The notes: generated from the sequence alone by a model not told the origin. Counted from the first letter of the stretch, positions 1 to 9,215 are shown. The stretch is 64,000 nt of DNA from an uncultured Anaerolineae bacterium (GCA_964449465.1 CAYVBK010000015.1:1-64000); one strand, 5' to 3'. A program made the numbers and translations.

Positions 1-38
1 GTTGCCAAATTCCAGTTATATCATTTTTAACGAGCGTT

Positions 39-299
39 TCAGGGTAATGCTAGAACTGCACGGACATCAAAGTTTCTGGCGTCGCATTTGAACGAGTACG
101 AAGGAGAACAGTTCGGGATGTTGTCATGCCAACAACTTGCATAGCAGCTGCTGGCACCGATGACAGTCCCCCAGCATACACCGGCATGCACAGGTTGTGC
201 TGGTATTGCAAGAAATGCCAGTGCGCCGGCCACCACTGCTGCCACCGATACACACCAAGAAAGCGTCTTGAGCAGTATCCACTTGGTTGAAATTGCCAT
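39..299 (-). CDS. Small secreted Cys-rich protein, 87 aa, with an N-terminal signal or anchor and 5 Cys in the mature part.
   Basis: ORF 39..365 was trimmed to the ATG at 299, which sits 6 nt after a strong GGAGGAAAGGAG SD. Hydrophobic segment LSWCVSVAAVVAGALAFLAIPAQPVHA is followed by GVCWGTVIGASSCYASCWHDNIPNCSPSYSFKCD. No family recognised. Confidence 0.45.
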   Translation of the reverse strand: MAISTKWILLKTLSWCVSVAAVVAGALAFLAIPAQPVHAGVCWGTVIGASSCYASCWHDNIPNCSPSYSFKCDARNFDVRAVLALP

Positions 300-1004
300 A
301 AGAATCTCCTTTCCTCCAAAAACCCGGTTTGTACAGCCAAATTTCATATGAAATACAAATTCCATTATATCATCACAAGTGCGTTTTGTGCCTTACAGCA
401 TCCTTACAGTTTTGGGGCTTCCGCCAGCAAATACCCTTTGCCTTTGACCGTCATCACCACCTCCGGTCCAAGCTTGTTCTTGAGGCGGTGAACGGCCGTC
501 CAGACCGCATTGAGATCGACGCAGGACGCGCAGCCCCACACCTCGCGGCGCAGCGTCTCGAAGGCAACCACCTGTCCCCGGCGGCGGGCCAGGCACGCCA
601 GCAACGCGGTTTCGAGTGAGGTCAATGATATGGTCTCGCCTTCGCGAGTCGCCCGGCCGGTGCGCAAATCGGCGAGCCATTCACCCACCCGAAACTGCTC
701 TCTGACCTGCCGCGCCGCCCAGGCCTCCTGCACGGTCGCCCAGACTTGTTTCGGTTGGAACGGTTTGGTCAAATAGTCAAACGCGCCCCGTTTCATCGCC
801 TCCACTGCCTGCGCCACCGTCGCAAAAGCGGTGAGCAGAATCACCTCCGGCGCAGGGTCGAGCGTTTTCAGCCGCTCCAGCAGCTCGATGCCCGACAGCC
901 CCGGCATGACCACATCCAGCAAAACCAGGTCTATATTGTTCGTGCTGGCTAAATGCCAGGCTTGAACGCCATCGACAGCCGGCCATACAACACACCCATA
1001 ATGG

Positions 1005-1140
1005 ACTAGGAGCGTGCTGAAAAACTCCCTCACTACCAAGACACAGAGGACACAAAGCATTTCTAGCGACTCAAAAGTATCGTAAACCTTTGTGTTCTCA
1101 GTGTCCTTTGTGATGGAAACCGACTTTTTCAGCGGCCTCC
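1005..1140. mobile_element. MITE-like ~135 bp element (copy A), inserted into the response-regulator copy 1 coding sequence.
   Basis: Terminal inverted repeats CTAGGAGCGTGCTGAAAAA ... TTTTTCAGCGGCCTCC and an internal inverted repeat (acaaaggacac...gtgtcctttgt). Same family as 30605..30738, 33455..33605 and the 61954..62360 array. The uninterrupted paralogs read cataatgggccaggtacg across the insertion point. Confidence 0.75.
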
Positions 1141-1249
1141 CAGGTACGTCGCCAGAATATCCCGCGTGTCGGGGTCGTCGTCGGCCACCAACACGCACGG
1201 CGCGCAGCCGATCATTTTCCGCCTCCGCCAATGAACCTGGATGTGCTCC

Positions 1250-1277
1250 ATTATATGCAGAGTGAGGGGAGGGGCAA
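1250..1277 (-). promoter_or_regulatory. Sigma70-like promoter (TTGCCC-N16-TATAAT) of response-regulator copy 1.
   Basis: On the minus strand reads TTGCCCCTCCCCTCACTCTGCATATAAT. The same module is conserved upstream of all four regulator genes in the window. Confidence 0.4.
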
Positions 1278-1450
1278 ATGACCGGATGAAGGCGTTGGCT
1301 GGCAATGAGAAAAAGATTGCGACAAGACGTCACGTGGTGCTTTGACGACACGATCACAGATGAAGAAAAAAAGCCGGAAAGCACAACAATGCCTCCCGGC
1401 CACTCGGCAGTCCGATCATATCAGTTTTTCTTGAACTCAAGCCGTCCGAT

Positions 1451-1732
1451 CTAGTTGCACATCCAGAGACAGTTGTTCATTTCATAACCGCTCAAAAAAG
1501 GGCCATACTGGCTGATTTGCCGACGTGTTTCAGGATCGTACAAAAGTTCATGCTGAATTTCATAAACAATCCAGGCACTGTATCCATTCCAGTAGCTTCT
1601 ATAGCACACATTTACCACTCCAGTAGGAACGCGTCCGCACTGCGCAGCTACAAGCATAATACCAGTGATGAACAGGGCCACCACTATCATCATTGAGCAA
1701 ATTAACACAAACCACCGATTCTTGATGGTCAT
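1451..1732 (-). CDS. Small membrane-anchored Cys-containing protein, 93 aa.
   Basis: ORF trimmed to the ATG at 1732, which follows SD AAAGGAGAA and lies 14 nt after the stop of the upstream lipoprotein gene (translational coupling). TM segment FVLICSMMIVVALFITGIMLVAA is followed by a W/Y/C-rich tail. Confidence 0.45.
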   Translation of the reverse strand: MTIKNRWFVLICSMMIVVALFITGIMLVAAQCGRVPTGVVNVCYRSYWNGYSAWIVYEIQHELLYDPETRRQISQYGPFLSGYEMNNCLWMCN

Positions 1733-1746
1733 AAACCATTCTCCTT

Positions 1747-4305
1747 TCAGTCTACTAGCTGCTGAGCCTGCTGCTGTGCTTCCGCCAGCACCGACGCTGC
1801 TTGCGCGCCGGACAGAATCTCGGCAAAAGCCCAATCGAGCCATTTCAGTTGATCGGACTGTTGAGCAGTGGGCCAGGGAACGGGAATGTATTCCAACACG
1901 GCGCGGTAGGTGTCCAAATCCTTCTCTTCACCAGCCCATATCTCAACATCGAGTTCCCAGCCCGAGCGTCGAGCCGGCATGCGTCCGGGAAAGAGGGCAT
2001 AATCGCTGGCGAACTTGATCCATTCCCAGCAGGCCTGTGCGTGCAGAGTCTTGTCGCTGATGAACAGGCCAGTGTAGATAAACTGCGCTGCCGAAGCATC
2101 CGGCGAGACCGGCAGCGGCGCGATACCCACCGGCATTGCAGCTGGCAGGGCCAGATCGCGGTCGATGCCGGAATAATCTGTCCACATAGCGACACGCCCC
2201 TGCCGCACCAGCAGACTGAGCGCAGCCTGGCTATCGGCCTCCGACAGGTTGGCGGATAAAACGGGCAGCACGTGGTGCTGCAACGCCAGGTCGGCAAACC
2301 ATTGCACCGCCGTGACCACGTCGGGCGCATCGAAGCGTGGCTGGCCTTCCGCATCCCACAATTCAACACCCTGCAATGCCAAAAAGGCAGGCAGGTTAGC
2401 AATCTGACCATTCAAAAAGGCCAGGCCGTACTGCTCCAGAGCCGGATCGGTCGAGGTCAAGGCAAGCGCTTTACCCACCAGATCGTCCGTCGTCCAACCC
2501 GGTTCGGGGTAGGCGACACTGGCCTGGTCAAACAGGGCACGGTTGAAAAAGACAACCCGGGTCTCCGCGCACACCGGCAACCCCCACAGTCCATTCTGAT
2601 GTCGAAAAGCATCCACAAAATACACATCTTGCAATGATAAGGTGGGATCGGCGTTAACGAACGGCTGGAGATCGAGCAGCCCCGCGCGGGTATTGCCGCC
2701 GGCCGCCGAAGCAAACGACCGAGCAGAACAGTCGGCGGCGACAGGAGCAGCGTCGTCGACTAACTCGACCCAAATGCGCTTTTGCGCTCCGTTAAAGATC
2801 TCTATCGTCTCCCGCCAGACATTTTTTTCGGTCACATCACAAGAAAAGCGAACGGTTGTCCGTGTCCCGACGCGATCCGGCTGGTTTGAGGCGACAGCCG
2901 GCGGCGGGACGGGCGTAGCCTGCGAGAGAGCAGCGAGCGATTGGGACGCCTGCATCTGGGCTGTGCCCAGAGCATCCTGAATAGTCTGCCCGGCCCAAAC
3001 CGCCTCGACGGCAGACTGAAGTGCGGTAGCAATCTGGGGATAAAGCGGCACTCGGGCATGATCGAGCGCGTACCGGATCGCCGCAGCATCCGCTTCGTCC
3101 CACTGCATCCAATAGCCGGACTGCCGGGCAACCGAGACGCGGGCAGGGAGGCTGTACGCCGAACCACCCGTCACACACTGGCGGCTCAGGAATTTGAGCC
3201 ACCGCCAGCTTGCCTCGCGATACGCAGTGCCGCTGCTGATCAGGTAGCCTTGCACGTACAGGGGATTGGCGTTTTGCTCGCCCAGCGGCAGGGGCGCTAC
3301 CCCGACCCGCCGCTCGCCGGTCTGTCCCATGACGGGCAGGCCGCTCAACAAGTTGATCCACATAGCGGCCCGGCCGGTGTTGACCAGATCGTACAGCCAC
3401 ATCTGCCGGGCGGGTGCGCCCCGCGACGCCTGAGCGTTCGACCATTCCTGCGGTATCCGGGCCGGATCGGGCATCACACCGTGCCAGAGCGCCAGATCGA
3501 CATACCATTGCAGCGCAGCGACGGTCTGCGGCGTGTCCAAAAGCAGCCTGGGCGGTTCGACCGAATCGTCGACCAGGCTGCCGGTCACGCCCTCGACAAA
3601 GGGCGCGACTTGCATACTGACATCGACCAGTCCGTAGCGCTGAATTTCGTTTCCCTCGCGTAGGGTCAACTGCTGTGCCGCGACAAGCAGGTCTTCGCGG
3701 TCCCAACCCGGCTGAGGATAGGGCAGACCGGCGGCGTCAAAGGCATCTTGATCGTACAGCATCACGATCAAGTCCGCCTGGGCCGGCACGCCCCAGACGC
3801 GATTCCCCTGCACCATGCGCTTCCACAGCGCGGGGTAAAAGTCGGCCTGCTCAAACTCAGGATCGGCCTCGATCAAGGGAGCGAGGTCGAGCAACAAGCC
3901 CTGCCTGATCGCGCCGGGAGACGGCATCCAATAGGCGGTGTCCGCCGTCGAGACGATTTGATAGGCGATTTCGGCCTCAACCTGGGCTGCGTTCTCGGAA
4001 GTCAGCCTGGACAGATCGGCTATTTCGTTCAGAGTCACGATGCGAACGCGGACGTCCGGGTTGTCCTGCTCGAAAACGCCAGCCAGGCGGACAAACTCGG
4101 GCTTTTGCCACTCGTAGCAGGCAAACGAGATCGTGATCGGCTGGGGATCGTCTACCTGGACAGCGGCGCGGGTTGGCGCGACCGTCGGTGAAGGAGGCAC
4201 GGACGATAGGGATGCGGTAGACAGATTAACCGTTTGGCAGGCTGGCACAGTGATGATAAACAAAGTCAAGGTGATCAAGAAAATGAATCGATGTCGATAG
4301 TTCAT
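1747..4305 (-). CDS. Large lipoprotein with two tandem extracellular solute-binding protein (SBP family 1-like) domains.
   Basis: Start ATG at 4305 follows SD AAGGAAGGA. Lipobox LFIITVPAC. Two internal repeats resemble periplasmic-binding-protein N-termini (ITISFACYEWQKPEFV.. and TTVRFSCDVTEKNVW..). No permease or ATPase gene is adjacent. Confidence 0.65.
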   Translation of the reverse strand: MNYRHRFIFLITLTLFIITVPACQTVNLSTASLSSVPPSPTVAPTRAAVQVDDPQPITISFACYEWQKPEFVRLAGVFEQDNPDVRVRIVTLNEIADLSRLTSENAAQVEAEIAYQIVSTADTAYWMPSPGAIRQGLLLDLAPLIEADPEFEQADFYPALWKRMVQGNRVWGVPAQADLIVMLYDQDAFDAAGLPYPQPGWDREDLLVAAQQLTLREGNEIQRYGLVDVSMQVAPFVEGVTGSLVDDSVEPPRLLLDTPQTVAALQWYVDLALWHGVMPDPARIPQEWSNAQASRGAPARQMWLYDLVNTGRAAMWINLLSGLPVMGQTGERRVGVAPLPLGEQNANPLYVQGYLISSGTAYREASWRWLKFLSRQCVTGGSAYSLPARVSVARQSGYWMQWDEADAAAIRYALDHARVPLYPQIATALQSAVEAVWAGQTIQDALGTAQMQASQSLAALSQATPVPPPAVASNQPDRVGTRTTVRFSCDVTEKNVWRETIEIFNGAQKRIWVELVDDAAPVAADCSARSFASAAGGNTRAGLLDLQPFVNADPTLSLQDVYFVDAFRHQNGLWGLPVCAETRVVFFNRALFDQASVAYPEPGWTTDDLVGKALALTSTDPALEQYGLAFLNGQIANLPAFLALQGVELWDAEGQPRFDAPDVVTAVQWFADLALQHHVLPVLSANLSEADSQAALSLLVRQGRVAMWTDYSGIDRDLALPAAMPVGIAPLPVSPDASAAQFIYTGLFISDKTLHAQACWEWIKFASDYALFPGRMPARRSGWELDVEIWAGEEKDLDTYRAVLEYIPVPWPTAQQSDQLKWLDWAFAEILSGAQAASVLAEAQQQAQQLVD

Positions 4306-4442
4306 AGTCCTTCCTTGAGCGATAGGTAGCATAGAATAAACAAAACACCAATGGGCAGCGCTCAGTCCATTGGCGTTTTCAAGGTGCGGTCAAACACCCT
4401 CTATTATATCATCACAAGTGCGTTTTGTGCCTTACAGCATCC

Positions 4443-5120
4443 TTACAGTTTGGGGGCTTCCGGCAGCAGGTACCCTTGGCCTTTGACCGTCACCACTATT
4501 TCCGGGCCGAGCTTGTCCCTGAGGCGGTGAACGGCCGTCCAGACCGCATTGAGATCGACGCCGGACGCGCAGCCCCACACCTCGCGGCGCAGCGTCTCGA
4601 AGGCAACCACCTGTCCCCGGCGGCGGGCCAGGCACGCCAGCAACGCGGTTTCGAGTGAGGTCAATGATATGGTCTCGCCTTCGCGAGTCGCCCGGCCGGT
4701 GCGCAAATCGGCGAGCCATTCACCCACCCGAAACTGCTCTCTGACCTGCCGCGCCGCCCAGGCCTCCTGCACGGTCGCCCAGACTTGTTTCGGTTGGAAC
4801 GGTTTGGTCAAATAGTCAAACGCGCCCCGTTTCATCGCCTCCACTGCCTGCGCCACCGTCGCAAAAGCGGTGAGCAAGATCACCTCCGGCGCAGGGTCGA
4901 GCGTTTTCAGCTGCTCCAGCAAATCAAGGCCCGACAGACCCGGCATCACCACGTCCAACAGAGCCAGGTCTATGCCATTGATCATCGCCAGCTCCCAGGC
5001 CTGCTTGCCGTCGGCAGCCGGCCATACGGCGCACCCATAATGGGCCAGGTACGTCGCCAGAATATCCCGCGTGTCGGGGTCGTCGTCGGCCACCAGCACG
5101 CGCGGCGCACAACCGTCCAT
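4443..5120 (-). CDS. OmpR/PhoB-family response regulator (receiver + winged-helix), copy 2, intact.
   Basis: MDGCAPRVLVADDDPDTRD..LLDVVMPGLSG..KRGAFDYLTKPF receiver, with a C-terminal trans_reg_C-like domain (..VWGCASGVDLNAVWTAVHRLRDKLGPEIVVTVKGQGYLL). GGAGGTG SD lies 7 nt before the ATG at 5120. Confidence 0.85.
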   Translation of the reverse strand: MDGCAPRVLVADDDPDTRDILATYLAHYGCAVWPAADGKQAWELAMINGIDLALLDVVMPGLSGLDLLEQLKTLDPAPEVILLTAFATVAQAVEAMKRGAFDYLTKPFQPKQVWATVQEAWAARQVREQFRVGEWLADLRTGRATREGETISLTSLETALLACLARRRGQVVAFETLRREVWGCASGVDLNAVWTAVHRLRDKLGPEIVVTVKGQGYLLPEAPKL

Positions 5121-5154
5121 TCCCCACCTCCGCCAATGAATTTGGATATGCTCT

Positions 5155-5182
5155 ATTATATGCAGAGGGGGGAGAGGGGCAA
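5155..5182 (-). promoter_or_regulatory. Sigma70-like promoter of response-regulator copy 2.
   Basis: Minus strand reads TTGCCCCTCTCCCCCCTCTGCATATAAT, identical to the copy 3 promoter. Confidence 0.45.
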
Positions 5183-5292
5183 ATGATCGGGGGGAGGCGA
5201 AGGCGGCGGAGAGAAAACTGCTGTAAAACACCCGCGCCGACGCATGACGTTGATACACCCAGCATCGGCGATTCATCGTCTCTCCTCGCCCT

Positions 5293-7746
5293 TCAGGGCA
5301 CCATTTGGGCCAGCGGATGCGCCTGGTCGGTCTCCCGCACGCATTTGCCCAACGTGGACGGCTCGACCCCGGCGGCTGCACTCATGCACGCCGCAAACTG
5401 TGCTGCCTTGTCTTGAGCCTGCAACAAGGCGGCCTCCAGCCCAACGCCCGTTTGCCGCAGCGCCGTCTCGAACCACCACAAGGCCACGTCCTGGACCATG
5501 GCCGCGTCGTCCCGTCCAGGCAGATTTTGGCCGCGCTTCAGGGCGGTCAAGTATGCGGCGCGCAAATCGCGGTTTGAAGCGGCCTGCGTCTCCCAACCGT
5601 CAAGCAATGTCCGGTTGGCCGGAAGCGCGTCTGAAGCGGGCGGAAATTGGTGGGCCAGCGCAGCCCACTCCCAGGCTATATTGGCGTGTTGGCTGCCGCG
5701 AACGACGCCGGCAAAAGTGACCTGGATGGGCCAGCGGACGCCGGCACGCGGCACGATCGCCACCGCGTCCATCGGCTCGCCCCGGTAATGCTGTATGCCG
5801 AAAAAGCCGACCGGCAACTGCATCACCGAGGCTGAAGTGGTGGGGGCGAGAATTGTCCCGCTGGCTTGCAGCGAGCCCAGCCATTCGAGCGCCTCGATGA
5901 CCAGGGACGAGACAAACTGCGGGGTGAGGCGATCCGGCTCGAACAGCGAAATGCCCTGTTGTTCCAGGACAAAACGCACCTCGCTGCCGGAAAGCGGCGC
6001 ATAGCCGATCAGTTTGGGGTTCGCCGCCCGGATCTGGGCCGCCGCCGCCAGCACGTCGGCGACCGTCCAATCGGAAGCGGGGGGCGCGATGCCGAGTTCG
6101 GCAAAAGTGGCCGCGTGATAGTACAACACCAGCGGGCGCATCGACAGGGGAACGCCCAGGACGCAGCCATGCCACGAAACGACCTGCAGCGCCTGTGCAT
6201 CGAAAGCATCAGCGTCGAGATTGACCTCGCTCAGCGAGCTGACCGCAGCCATATTTTGCTGCGCGTAAAGGAACACCAGCCAATCGAGTGGGTTGGTATC
6301 CCAGACCAGCACGTCCGCCTGTTGGCCGGCAGGGCCTACATCAGACACCTGAACGCTCCAGTCAGGATGCTGCGCCGCGAACGCTGCCGAAATGGTCTCA
6401 TAGTCCGGCACGTTCGAATTCATGTTCATCACCGCCAGCGTTTCTTTGTCCTGGCTTGAGACGACCTGCGGCACGACGGCAAACGGCTCAAACTCGGTGT
6501 CGTACTCGTACCACAAATCTACCGCCGCCCGCGCCGACTGTTGCGCGTGGACCAGGGCCTCGCCGGGCGGCACATCGGCGTAACAGGCTTCGAGCATAGC
6601 TTTGATCAGCGCCAACCGAAATCGGTTGACCAGTTCGCGCTCCGTCCAATCAGGCAGGTACGCCTGCCCGTCGAGGATAGTCTGCACCCACTGCGCGACC
6701 TGCACATCCATCTTGTCCCAGCTACGGGCTAGGTCGGCCACCGACTTGCGCGCAGGCAAGTCGGCACTGGCATTGGGCGGCAGATTTTGGCTCAGAAAAC
6801 GGACCCAGGCCCAGGCGGCCTGGACGTTTTGCGTGCCCCGGCTGATGCTCAAAACGCCATCCGCCTTGATCTCTTGAAACAGGTTGGGCTGTGGGTACGC
6901 TGTCATCGCCAGGCTGACAAAGTCTTGCTGCTGGGCTACAAAGTCTCGAATCAAGACCGTTGTCATCGCGGCCCGGCCTTCGTCGAGGTAGGCCAGAGGA
7001 CGATAGCCTGCTGGTGGACCGACTTGCGGATCGACGGCAACGGACAATTCGGGCAGAAAGCGGCACACGTCGGATAGGGAGGCTTCCAGTTCGACCGCGT
7101 TCAGCGCAGGCACAAGCTGTCCCTCAATATAGGTGTACAGTGGCGATTGTGCGTGCAGCCAGTTGAACAAGACAATGCTGCGATCCAGGTCGTCGGAGAA
7201 CGCAGCCGTTTGTTCCGGGCCTGGATGGCTCATATTGACCGCGCGGGCTATATCAAGCAGTGTTTGCCATGACCACGCAGACGACGATAAATCGATCCCC
7301 GTTTGAGCCACGAGATCGCTGTTATAAACCAGCGCCTCAAACTCCAGCCCGATTGGGATGCCGATCAAGCGGTCGTCGACCCGCGTGTAGATGGTCTCAT
7401 AGCCGGTGGCCAGCGCACCTGGATAAAAATCATCGACCTCAAACTGAGGGTCAGATTTGATCAACGATTTGAGATCGATGAGTAGGTCGGTCTCATAGGG
7501 GGTGTGCCATAGCAGCGCGGCATCAAAGTGGAGAGGCCAGTCATCGGGGATATTGTACTGATAGGTAATGTGAATTTCATACCCAGGGAAACGCTCCTCA
7601 AAGTCGGTTATGTACTCGTTCAAGTCGAATGCAGGGTGGGCAACAAAATAGATCGGCGTGGGGGCGGCGGGGGTCAGATTTATACAACCAGACAGACAGA
7701 ACAAACTAAAGATTATTAGCCATTGTGTTTTATTTAAAGAGATCAT
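5293..7746 (-). CDS. Large lipoprotein with tandem SBP-like domains, a paralog-type partner of 1747..4305.
   Basis: ATG at 7746 follows an AGGA SD. Lipobox LFCLSGC. Two SBP-like halves in 817 aa. Same architecture and neighbourhood as 1747..4305. Confidence 0.65.
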   Translation of the reverse strand: MISLNKTQWLIIFSLFCLSGCINLTPAAPTPIYFVAHPAFDLNEYITDFEERFPGYEIHITYQYNIPDDWPLHFDAALLWHTPYETDLLIDLKSLIKSDPQFEVDDFYPGALATGYETIYTRVDDRLIGIPIGLEFEALVYNSDLVAQTGIDLSSSAWSWQTLLDIARAVNMSHPGPEQTAAFSDDLDRSIVLFNWLHAQSPLYTYIEGQLVPALNAVELEASLSDVCRFLPELSVAVDPQVGPPAGYRPLAYLDEGRAAMTTVLIRDFVAQQQDFVSLAMTAYPQPNLFQEIKADGVLSISRGTQNVQAAWAWVRFLSQNLPPNASADLPARKSVADLARSWDKMDVQVAQWVQTILDGQAYLPDWTERELVNRFRLALIKAMLEACYADVPPGEALVHAQQSARAAVDLWYEYDTEFEPFAVVPQVVSSQDKETLAVMNMNSNVPDYETISAAFAAQHPDWSVQVSDVGPAGQQADVLVWDTNPLDWLVFLYAQQNMAAVSSLSEVNLDADAFDAQALQVVSWHGCVLGVPLSMRPLVLYYHAATFAELGIAPPASDWTVADVLAAAAQIRAANPKLIGYAPLSGSEVRFVLEQQGISLFEPDRLTPQFVSSLVIEALEWLGSLQASGTILAPTTSASVMQLPVGFFGIQHYRGEPMDAVAIVPRAGVRWPIQVTFAGVVRGSQHANIAWEWAALAHQFPPASDALPANRTLLDGWETQAASNRDLRAAYLTALKRGQNLPGRDDAAMVQDVALWWFETALRQTGVGLEAALLQAQDKAAQFAACMSAAAGVEPSTLGKCVRETDQAHPLAQMVP

Positions 7747-7856
7747 TATGTCCTCGAAAAAGGATAGTGCCCCTTAACAGGTTTCGTACTGTCATCGGTT
7801 AAAAGACACTACCAAAAAACGGCAGAAAAGGCTTATCCGACGTCAAATCAGCAGAA

Positions 7857-8237
7857 TTATACGCAGAAAACCAAAAAGTAATAAGTCACACAGTTGATGT
7901 CTCTCGTAGCTCCGGTTGGAGAACAAGAAGTGCCACCAGGACCATTGATGCAGTACCATTCTGCCTGCTTGTCACAAATCCTTTCGCACTTTGGTCCTAA
8001 AAGACCACAATCCCAACAATACTTTGATTGCCCGGCAGGTCGCCACTCAAACCATTCGCCAATCGCATATACGGTGCTTGGCATCGCAACGACAAGAACG
8101 GTCAGCACAAACGACGCAAGTAACATCCCTGACAACACTTTGTACATACTTTTTAAATCGAGTAACTTGAGCATTTTTCCTTGCGATTCGCTCATTTTTT
8201 CCAGAGTTCTTGAAATTGCCCGATCATATTTGACCAT
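7857..8237 (-). CDS. Small Cys-rich secreted protein, 126 aa, with a signal or anchor and 8 Cys.
   Basis: ORF on the minus strand. Hydrophobic MLLASFVLTVLVVAMPSTVYA is followed by ..YCWDCGLLGPKCERICDKQAEWYCINGPGGTSCSPTGATRDINC... Its first 17 codons lie inside the duplicated 361 bp element. An alternative ATG (MLKLL..) follows an AAGGAAAA SD. Confidence 0.45.
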   Translation of the reverse strand: MVKYDRAISRTLEKMSESQGKMLKLLDLKSMYKVLSGMLLASFVLTVLVVAMPSTVYAIGEWFEWRPAGQSKYCWDCGLLGPKCERICDKQAEWYCINGPGGTSCSPTGATRDINCVTYYFLVFCV

Positions 8238-8548
8238 AGCTTTTTATGTCAAGGGGGCCAGCCCCTTGACAAACCCCGTCGAGGGTGCTTTGCCCCCCGC
8301 CCCCCCCCGAAAACCGGGGTGTTTTCTGTCGTCGCAGACCAGGCAAAGGCCATAGCCAGACATACGAACGACTTGTGCCTGGTTTTCAGCCCCTGCCGAC
8401 AGAATGTGGGCGGCTTTTGGGGGGTCTGGGTGGGCGCAGCCCCCTACAGTGAAATGGGCATCAGTCCTTTTTCAGACGGCAGTTCATAAAACATCGTTTT
8501 TAATCTAAAAGGTTTTTATATGTCCATCAAAAATGAACGAACTAAAAG
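8188..8548. repeat. Duplicated ~360 bp structured non-coding element, copy 1.
   Basis: About 90% identical to 40293..40654. Contains a perfect hairpin TGTCAAGGGGGCCAGCCCCTTGACA (8247..8271), a poly-C/G hairpin ccccccgaaaaccgggg, and the first 17 codons of the small-ORF start (MVKYDRAISrTLEKMSE). Confidence 0.6.
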
Positions 8549-8573
8549 TTTTTCTCCTCATTCCTTTGCAATA

Positions 8574-9215
8574 CTATTTGCCTTTTCTGCCATCTACGAC
8601 CAGGGTCATCATCTCATTCTCTGTGTGCACATACCCGGCATTAATAATAACGCCTACTTCATCTATCATATAAGCAAATGGCACACTATTTATCTGATAA
8701 TTATGTGCAACTTCTTGCTGCATCTCTGAAACGTATAGCACCGGAAAATTGAAGCTATTTGTTTGTGCAACACGTTGAGCCTCTTCTTGTGTACCCAGCA
8801 GAATCATCGCTACTTGCACATCCTTCCGACTATGGCTGAATTTATCCAGTTCGGGCCACATCTCAACGCAGCTACTGCACTGTGGGGATGAAAAAACCAA
8901 GACCAATGGCTTTCCGGCAAAATCAGTCAATGATATCTGGGACCCAAGCGTGTCAGTTAAAACAAAAGGCGGAGCATCAATACCAATTTCTAACCCTGTT
9001 CCGTGCGCCGTTTGCGAAGATTGTTTCATTAATTCGACCTGATTTTGTGCTAGCGACTTGAGCGGGGCCGCAGCCGCCAATACCTCTTGGTGTACTTGAT
9101 TCATCCGCACGAACAGGCCAATGATGGCCACCATCAACAGGATGACGATGCCCATCAACATCATCAAGAGCGTTTCCAGGCGCGCTTCATGGCGGGTATC
9201 CGTTGTCTCGGTCAT
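8574..9215 (-). CDS. Membrane-anchored thioredoxin-fold thiol-disulfide oxidoreductase (TlpA/redoxin-like).
   Basis: ATG at 9215 follows SD AAGGAGA. N-terminal TM segment, then a thioredoxin-like core with a CSSC motif (FSSPQCSSCVEMWPEL). Confidence 0.65.
   Translation of the reverse strand: MTETTDTRHEARLETLLMMLMGIVILLMVAIIGLFVRMNQVHQEVLAAAAPLKSLAQNQVELMKQSSQTAHGTGLEIGIDAPPFVLTDTLGSQISLTDFAGKPLVLVFSSPQCSSCVEMWPELDKFSHSRKDVQVAMILLGTQEEAQRVAQTNSFNFPVLYVSEMQQEVAHNYQINSVPFAYMIDEVGVIINAGYVHTENEMMTLVVDGRKGK

Larger units (their letters stand above)
404..1384 (-). pseudogene. OmpR-family response regulator (copy 1), interrupted by a MITE-like insertion in the N-terminal receiver domain.
   Basis: Residues from HYGC.. 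to ..EAPKL (404..~1004) are ~95% identical to copies at 4443..5120 and 9338..10015. The 5' end (RBS, ATG, VLVADDDPDTRDILATYLA) sits displaced at ~1141..1235 in another frame. The 136 bp between them is the MITE, translated spuriously as PLKKSVSITKDTENTKVYDTFESLEMLCVLCVLVV. Confidence 0.6.

Noticed and set aside
404-1384. An intact 326-aa response regulator, as suggested by the continuous six-frame ORF.
   Set aside because: The N-terminal 110 residues are MITE-derived and out of frame with the genuine receiver start, which is displaced at ~1141-1235. The genuine product would begin at the RBS at ~1240 and hit a frameshift.
4443-5381. Longer forms of several track ORFs. These include regulator copy 2 from 5381, the lipoprotein from 4332, the ABC-adjacent ATPase from 15735, the VWA protein from 20506, 33612..35666, 59652..61478, 52520..52954 and 30751 and 31586 on the plus strand.
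   Set aside because: Upstream extensions lack an SD, overlap neighbouring genes, and have the R/G/P-rich composition of non-coding GC-rich DNA. Internal ATG or GTG codons 5-8 nt downstream of clear SDs were chosen instead.
8520-8729. Plus-strand ORF beginning MSIKNERTK at the edge of the 360 bp element. A similar start is seen at 40628.
   Set aside because: In copy 1 it is antisense to the TlpA-like gene and AT-rich low-complexity. In copy 2 it terminates after 21 codons. The conserved start is part of the repeat and is not evidence of a gene.
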